DNA of 32,000 nucleotides from Archaeoglobus fulgidus DSM 4304 (lineage in GTDB: Archaea; Halobacteriota; Archaeoglobi; Archaeoglobales; Archaeoglobaceae). Every line of letters begins with the position of its first letter. The stretch's first letter is position 1. Below, piece after piece: positions 26,354 through 32,000 of the stretch. The notes under the pieces are model-generated. The model saw nothing but the letters and a program-made list of their open reading frames with translations, was not told where the DNA came from and did not search any database. The position numbers and the translations under genes were made by a program. Where the stretch lies: positions 60,001 through 92,000 of the forward strand of contig NC_000917.1 of NCBI RefSeq assembly GCF_000008665.1. Direction: 5' to 3'.

Positions 26354-27994
26354 GTGATTGAGTGCATGGAGTTGAAGTACAAAATCGGATTTCCAAGTTT
26401 GTATTACCCAAAAATCTCGTTGGCGGACAGAATAGATGCAGCAGCCGAAAAATTTGGGGAAAAGACGGCAATAATTTCTGCAGAACCAAAATTCCCTTCT
26501 GAGTTTCCTGAAAGTATGAATTTTCTGGAGATATGTGAGGTTACGAAAAAGCTCGCCAGCGGCATCTCGAGGAAAGGAGTGAGGAAAGGGGAGCACGTTG
26601 GTGTGTGCATACCTAACTCTATCGATTACGTTATGACAATCTACGCTCTCTGGAGAGTTGCTGCAACTCCCGTTCCGATAAACCCCATGTACAAGTCGTT
26701 TGAATTAGAGCACATCCTGAACGACAGCGAAGCTACAACGCTGGTCGTTCACAGTATGCTCTACGAGAATTTCAAACCTGTTCTTGAAAAGACAGGAGTT
26801 GAAAGAGTTTTCGTTGTCGGTGGTGAGGTAAACAGCTTGTCAGAAGTTATGGATTCCGGCAGTGAGGATTTTGAAAACGTGAAGGTGAATCCCGAAGAGG
26901 ATGTGGCACTGATTCCCTATACGGGCGGCACAACTGGAATGCCGAAGGGTGTGATGCTCACACACTTTAATTTAGCTGCAAACGCCTTACAGCTTGCCGT
27001 AGCTACAGGGCTTTCGCACATGGACACGATTGTGGGCTGCATGCCAATGTTCCATTCAGCGGAGTTTGGACTGGTCAATTTGATGGTTACCGTCGGTAAC
27101 GAGTATGTTGTGATGGGAATGTTTAACCAGGAGATGCTGGCTGAGAACATTGAAAAGTACAAGGGCACATTTTCATGGGCCGTTCCTCCAGCGCTCAACG
27201 TGCTCGTCAACACTCTTGAAAGTTCGAATAAAACCTATGACTGGAGCTATCTGAAGGTCTTTGCTACGGGTGCCTGGCCTGTTGCTCCCGCTCTGGTTGA
27301 AAAGCTTCTGAAACTGGCTGCTGAAAAGTGTAACAATCCTCGCCTCAGGCACAATCAAATCTGGGGAATGACCGAGGCATGTCCGATGGTTACGACGAAT
27401 CCTCCTTTGAGACTCGACAAGAGCACGACACAGGGCGTTCCAATGTCTGATATAGAACTCAAGGTTATTTCGCTTGAGGATGGCAGAGAACTTGGTGTTG
27501 GGGAGAGTGGTGAGATAGTTATCAGAGGTCCGAACATTTTCAAAGGGTACTGGAAGAGGGAGAAGGAAAATCAGGAGTGCTGGTGGTACGATGAGAAGGG
27601 AAGAAAGTTCTTCAGAACCGGGGATGTTGGGTTTATTGATGAAGAGGGATTTCTGCACTTTCAGGATAGAGTAAAGGAAGTCATCAAGTACAAGGGTTAT
27701 ACAATCGCACCGTTTGAACTTGAAGCTCTGTTGATGAAGCACGAGGCTGTTATGGACGTTGCAGTTATAGGAAAGCCGGATGAGGAGGCTGGAGAAGTTC
27801 CAAAGGCATTCATAGTTCTCAAGCCAGAATACAGGGGAAAGGTTGACGAAGAGGACATAATAGAGTGGGTAAGAGAGAGGATTTCGGGTTATAAAAGAGT
27901 AAGGGAAGTTGAATTTGTTGAAGAGCTACCCAGAACGGCGTCGGGAAAACTTCTCAGGAGGTTGCTGAGAGAGAAGGAGGCCGAAAAGGGTTGA
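26354..27994 (+). CDS. AMP-dependent acyl-CoA synthetase/ligase
   Basis: IPYTGGTTGMPKGVMLTH, GMTEACPMVTTNPP, YDEKGRKFFRTGDVGFIDEEGFLHFQDRVKEVIKYKGYTIAPFELE, PRTASGKLLRRLLRE. ATG at 26366 is an alternative start. Confidence 0.92.
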   Translation: MIECMELKYKIGFPSLYYPKISLADRIDAAAEKFGEKTAIISAEPKFPSEFPESMNFLEICEVTKKLASGISRKGVRKGEHVGVCIPNSIDYVMTIYALWRVAATPVPINPMYKSFELEHILNDSEATTLVVHSMLYENFKPVLEKTGVERVFVVGGEVNSLSEVMDSGSEDFENVKVNPEEDVALIPYTGGTTGMPKGVMLTHFNLAANALQLAVATGLSHMDTIVGCMPMFHSAEFGLVNLMVTVGNEYVVMGMFNQEMLAENIEKYKGTFSWAVPPALNVLVNTLESSNKTYDWSYLKVFATGAWPVAPALVEKLLKLAAEKCNNPRLRHNQIWGMTEACPMVTTNPPLRLDKSTTQGVPMSDIELKVISLEDGRELGVGESGEIVIRGPNIFKGYWKREKENQECWWYDEKGRKFFRTGDVGFIDEEGFLHFQDRVKEVIKYKGYTIAPFELEALLMKHEAVMDVAVIGKPDEEAGEVPKAFIVLKPEYRGKVDEEDIIEWVRERISGYKRVREVEFVEELPRTASGKLLRRLLREKEAEKG

Positions 27995-28041
27995 AGGGCA
28001 AAAAAGGATAAGCTATATCTTGCCCAACTCCACTTAGCCTC

Positions 28042-28923
28042 ATGCACGGCAAGCTGGTTGAGGTTGCTGACGGAGTCTATGCATACATTCAGGGCAGAGG
28101 GGAGTGGTTCGTAAACAACGCAGGTTTAATTGTGGGTGAAGAGTTCAGTGTGGTTGTTGACAGTGTTTGCAACGAGCAGAGAGCTAAGGAGATGATCAGC
28201 CAATTCAGGGAGGTTACAGCCAAAGATTTCAGAATTCTCATCAACACTCACGGCCACCCTGACCACGTTTGGACGAATCATCTTTTTGATGCGGTCGCAG
28301 TAGCTCACGAGATGGGAAGGCAGGAAACATTAATGGCCTTCGTAGAAATTTATCAGTCCCTTTTTCCCGACTTGGACTTCAGCGGGGCGAAAATAACGCC
28401 GCAGAACATCACTTTCGAAAGCAGAATGAAGCTTTATAATGACGCTGAAATGCAAATCATCCATCCGGGTGTTGCTCACACGAGGGGGGATTGCTACATA
28501 TATATTCCCCAAAAGAAAGTTGTTTTCTGCGGAGACTTGCTATTCGCAAAGCCCTGCACACCCCTTGCCGTCGGCGGGTCTGTCAGGGGGAGCGTAAACG
28601 CGCTCAGAGAACTTCTCAACCTTGATGCAAAAATTTACGTTCCGGGCCATGGTGGGCTGGCAGGGGAAGAGCATCTGGTTGAGGCGATTGAATACTTCGA
28701 GTTTGTCTGGGAGGAGGCAAAGAAGAGGCACGAGAGGGGAATGGGCTGGTACGAGGCGGCGATGGACATTGATCTGGGCGAATATGCAAAGTGGAGCGAA
28801 GCGGAGAGAATTGTCGGCAATGTGGCCAGAGCCTACGCCGAGATTGAGGGAAGGGAGCTGGAGTTTGCTGAATTGGTTGAGGTGGCGAGAAAAATGCTCG
28901 AATACGGAGGTGGTAGAAAATGA
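28042..28923 (+). CDS. Metallo-beta-lactamase-fold hydrolase
   Basis: NTHGHPDHVWTN (HxHxDH-like), GVAHTRGDCYIYIPQKKVVFCGDLLF, YVPGHGG. Confidence 0.88.
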   Translation: MHGKLVEVADGVYAYIQGRGEWFVNNAGLIVGEEFSVVVDSVCNEQRAKEMISQFREVTAKDFRILINTHGHPDHVWTNHLFDAVAVAHEMGRQETLMAFVEIYQSLFPDLDFSGAKITPQNITFESRMKLYNDAEMQIIHPGVAHTRGDCYIYIPQKKVVFCGDLLFAKPCTPLAVGGSVRGSVNALRELLNLDAKIYVPGHGGLAGEEHLVEAIEYFEFVWEEAKKRHERGMGWYEAAMDIDLGEYAKWSEAERIVGNVARAYAEIEGRELEFAELVEVARKMLEYGGGRK

Positions 28924-29894
28924 GGCTCGTAACCTTTGAAAGGCTGGGAGAGGAGAGGATTGGTTTCGTGCAAGGTGAGAAGGTTTTCGATTTGACTCTA
29001 TGCTATGCATCTCTGCTAAGGAAAGAAGGTGTGGCGGTTGCAATGAGAGTTGCTCAAGCTTTAATGCCACCAGACATGCTCGGCTTTCTTGAGGGGGAAG
29101 AGAGAGCTCTTGAGGAGGCAGAGAGAGTAAGGGAGTTTGTTGAGGAAAAGGAGGGAGAGGTTGAGGGGCCGAATGGAGAGAGGGCTGTATGGCCTCTCAG
29201 CGAGGTGAAGCTGAAAGCTCCCCTTAAGCCCAAACTGATGGTGGACTTCTCAACCTTCGAGGAGCACGTGAGAATGGGCTTTGAAAAGCTCGGCATGAGC
29301 ATACCGCAGGAGTGGTATCAGGTTCCAGTTGGATACAAAATGAACCCCTACTCCGTAATTGGCCCTGAGGAGCCTGTTATATGGCCGAGCTTCACGCAAA
29401 TTCTCGACTACGAGCTTGAGTTTGGAATTGTTGTGGGGAAGAGGGGGAAGAACGTATCGAAGGAGGATGCGATGGATTACGTTCTGGGCTACACAATCGT
29501 CAACGACATCAGTGCGAGGGACATGGAGTTCATTGAGCTAAAAGCCATGCCCCTCGGGCCGTTAAAGAGCAAGGATTTTGACAACGCAACACCAATGGGG
29601 CCTTGCATAGTGACGAAGGATGAAATCAAGGATCCCCACAACCTGAAGATGGTGGCGAGAGTTAATGGAGAGGTCTGGAGCGAGGCCAGCACGAAGGACA
29701 TGCACTGGAAGATTCCCGACCTGATTGCCCATCTCTCCAAAGACCAAACAATCCACCCCGGCACCGTAATGCTCTCAGGCACTCCCGGCGGGGGATGCGG
29801 GATGCACGTTGGAAAGCTCCTCAAGCCGGGAGACGTGGTGGAGCTTGAGATTGAGGGAATTGGGGTGCTGAGAAATCCGATAGTAAAAACCTAA
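28920..29894 (+). CDS. Fumarylacetoacetate hydrolase-family protein
   Basis: DYELEFGIVVGKRGKNVSKEDAMDYVLGYTIVNDISARDME, KDFDNATPMGPCIVTKDEI, LSGTPGGGC; ATGA overlap with the upstream gene. Confidence 0.9.
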   Translation: MRLVTFERLGEERIGFVQGEKVFDLTLCYASLLRKEGVAVAMRVAQALMPPDMLGFLEGEERALEEAERVREFVEEKEGEVEGPNGERAVWPLSEVKLKAPLKPKLMVDFSTFEEHVRMGFEKLGMSIPQEWYQVPVGYKMNPYSVIGPEEPVIWPSFTQILDYELEFGIVVGKRGKNVSKEDAMDYVLGYTIVNDISARDMEFIELKAMPLGPLKSKDFDNATPMGPCIVTKDEIKDPHNLKMVARVNGEVWSEASTKDMHWKIPDLIAHLSKDQTIHPGTVMLSGTPGGGCGMHVGKLLKPGDVVELEIEGIGVLRNPIVKT

Positions 29895-30590
29895 TCGAGT
29901 ATTTTCGAGACCTTCAGCAGAAGATTTCTCGCAGAGAGAAACTCTGCAACCTCCCCATTCTTTGCGCTGAAAAGCTCCTTGAGCTTCCCCTTTTCCACTA
30001 TTCTTCCGTTGAGCATCACCGCCACCTCATCCGCAAGCATCGCAGCTTCAATAAGATCGTGAGTTACATGCAATATCGGAACATCAAACTCCCTCTGCAC
30101 AAACCTCAGCTCCTCCATCAACACCCCCTTCGTTTTTAGATCAACAGCAGAGAGCGGCTCGTCAAGCAGAAGGAGCCTTGGCTGGATTACAAGGGCTCTT
30201 GCCAGCGCCACCCTCTGTCTTTCCCCACCGCTGAGCCTTGCAGGTTTTCTGTCAAGTAAGTGGGCTATGCCGAGCTTTTCCGCCATCTCCCTGACTCTCC
30301 TGTCTCTCTCAACCCTCTCAACATTTCTGAGGCCGTAGGCGATGTTCCTGTAAACGCTGAGGTGGGGGAAGAGGGCGTAGTCTTGGGGAACAAAGCCGAT
30401 TCCTCTCCTCTCTGGAGGAAGCGGAGTGATGTCAGCACCGTTTAACCTCACCTCTCCCCTGTCAGGCTTTACAATCCCGGCAATAAGTTCGAGAAAAACG
30501 CTCTTTCCAGCACCAGTCGGGCCGAGCAGCACGCAGTAGTCTCTGCCCATCTCAAAGTCCACGTTAAGCCTGAAGTTCCCCAGCCTTTTC

Positions 30591-30613
<23 letters not shown>
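29891..30613 (-). CDS. modC: Molybdate/tungstate ABC transporter ATP-binding protein
   Basis: [81 protein letters not shown] recognise it as the A. fulgidus ModC of the solved ModBC-A complex. Confidence 0.93.

Positions 30614-32000
<1,387 letters not shown>

Noticed and set aside
26917-27742. Minus-strand ORFs within the acyl-CoA synthetase region
   Set aside because: Antisense shadow ORFs of a strongly supported coding gene.

Overview
This 32 kb window is archaeal chromosome. Gene content and order match Archaeoglobus fulgidus from memory; no database search was run. Housekeeping and metabolic genes include an M50-type metalloprotease (frameshifted as read), the AcnX/phosphomevalonate dehydratase small subunit, rpl37ae, rpoP (not in the ORF track), thymidylate kinase, birA, a RecJ-like DHH protein, a ferredoxin plus tungsten AOR pair, argD, two ABC transporters (one the tungstate/molybdate ModABC type), acyl-CoA synthetase, an MBL-fold protein and an FAH-family protein. 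RNA genes read directly are tRNA-Ile(GAU), tRNA-Gln(CUG), a solitary 5S rRNA and RNase P RNA. The most notable region, about 4.4-13.04 kb, is a compact subtype I-A-like CRISPR interference operon on the minus strand: cas6, a 56-aa ORF, cas3, cas8a2, csa5, cas7, cas5. Cas3 has its HD nuclease domain at the C-terminus. I see no cas1/cas2/cas4 and no CRISPR array in the window. The operon is flanked by intact and decayed toxin-antitoxin genes: vapBC, a frameshifted vapC and a frameshifted hicA. The unannotated 56-aa ORF between cas6 and cas3 is overlapped at both ends and carries a TGNWFIDAGI motif reminiscent of Cas8-type N-termini. This is the best candidate for something under-described. A second accessory patch at 21.7-23.4 kb has an integrase whose frame runs open back into tRNA-Gln, a RHH/wHTH-like regulator and what looks like a PCNA fragment.
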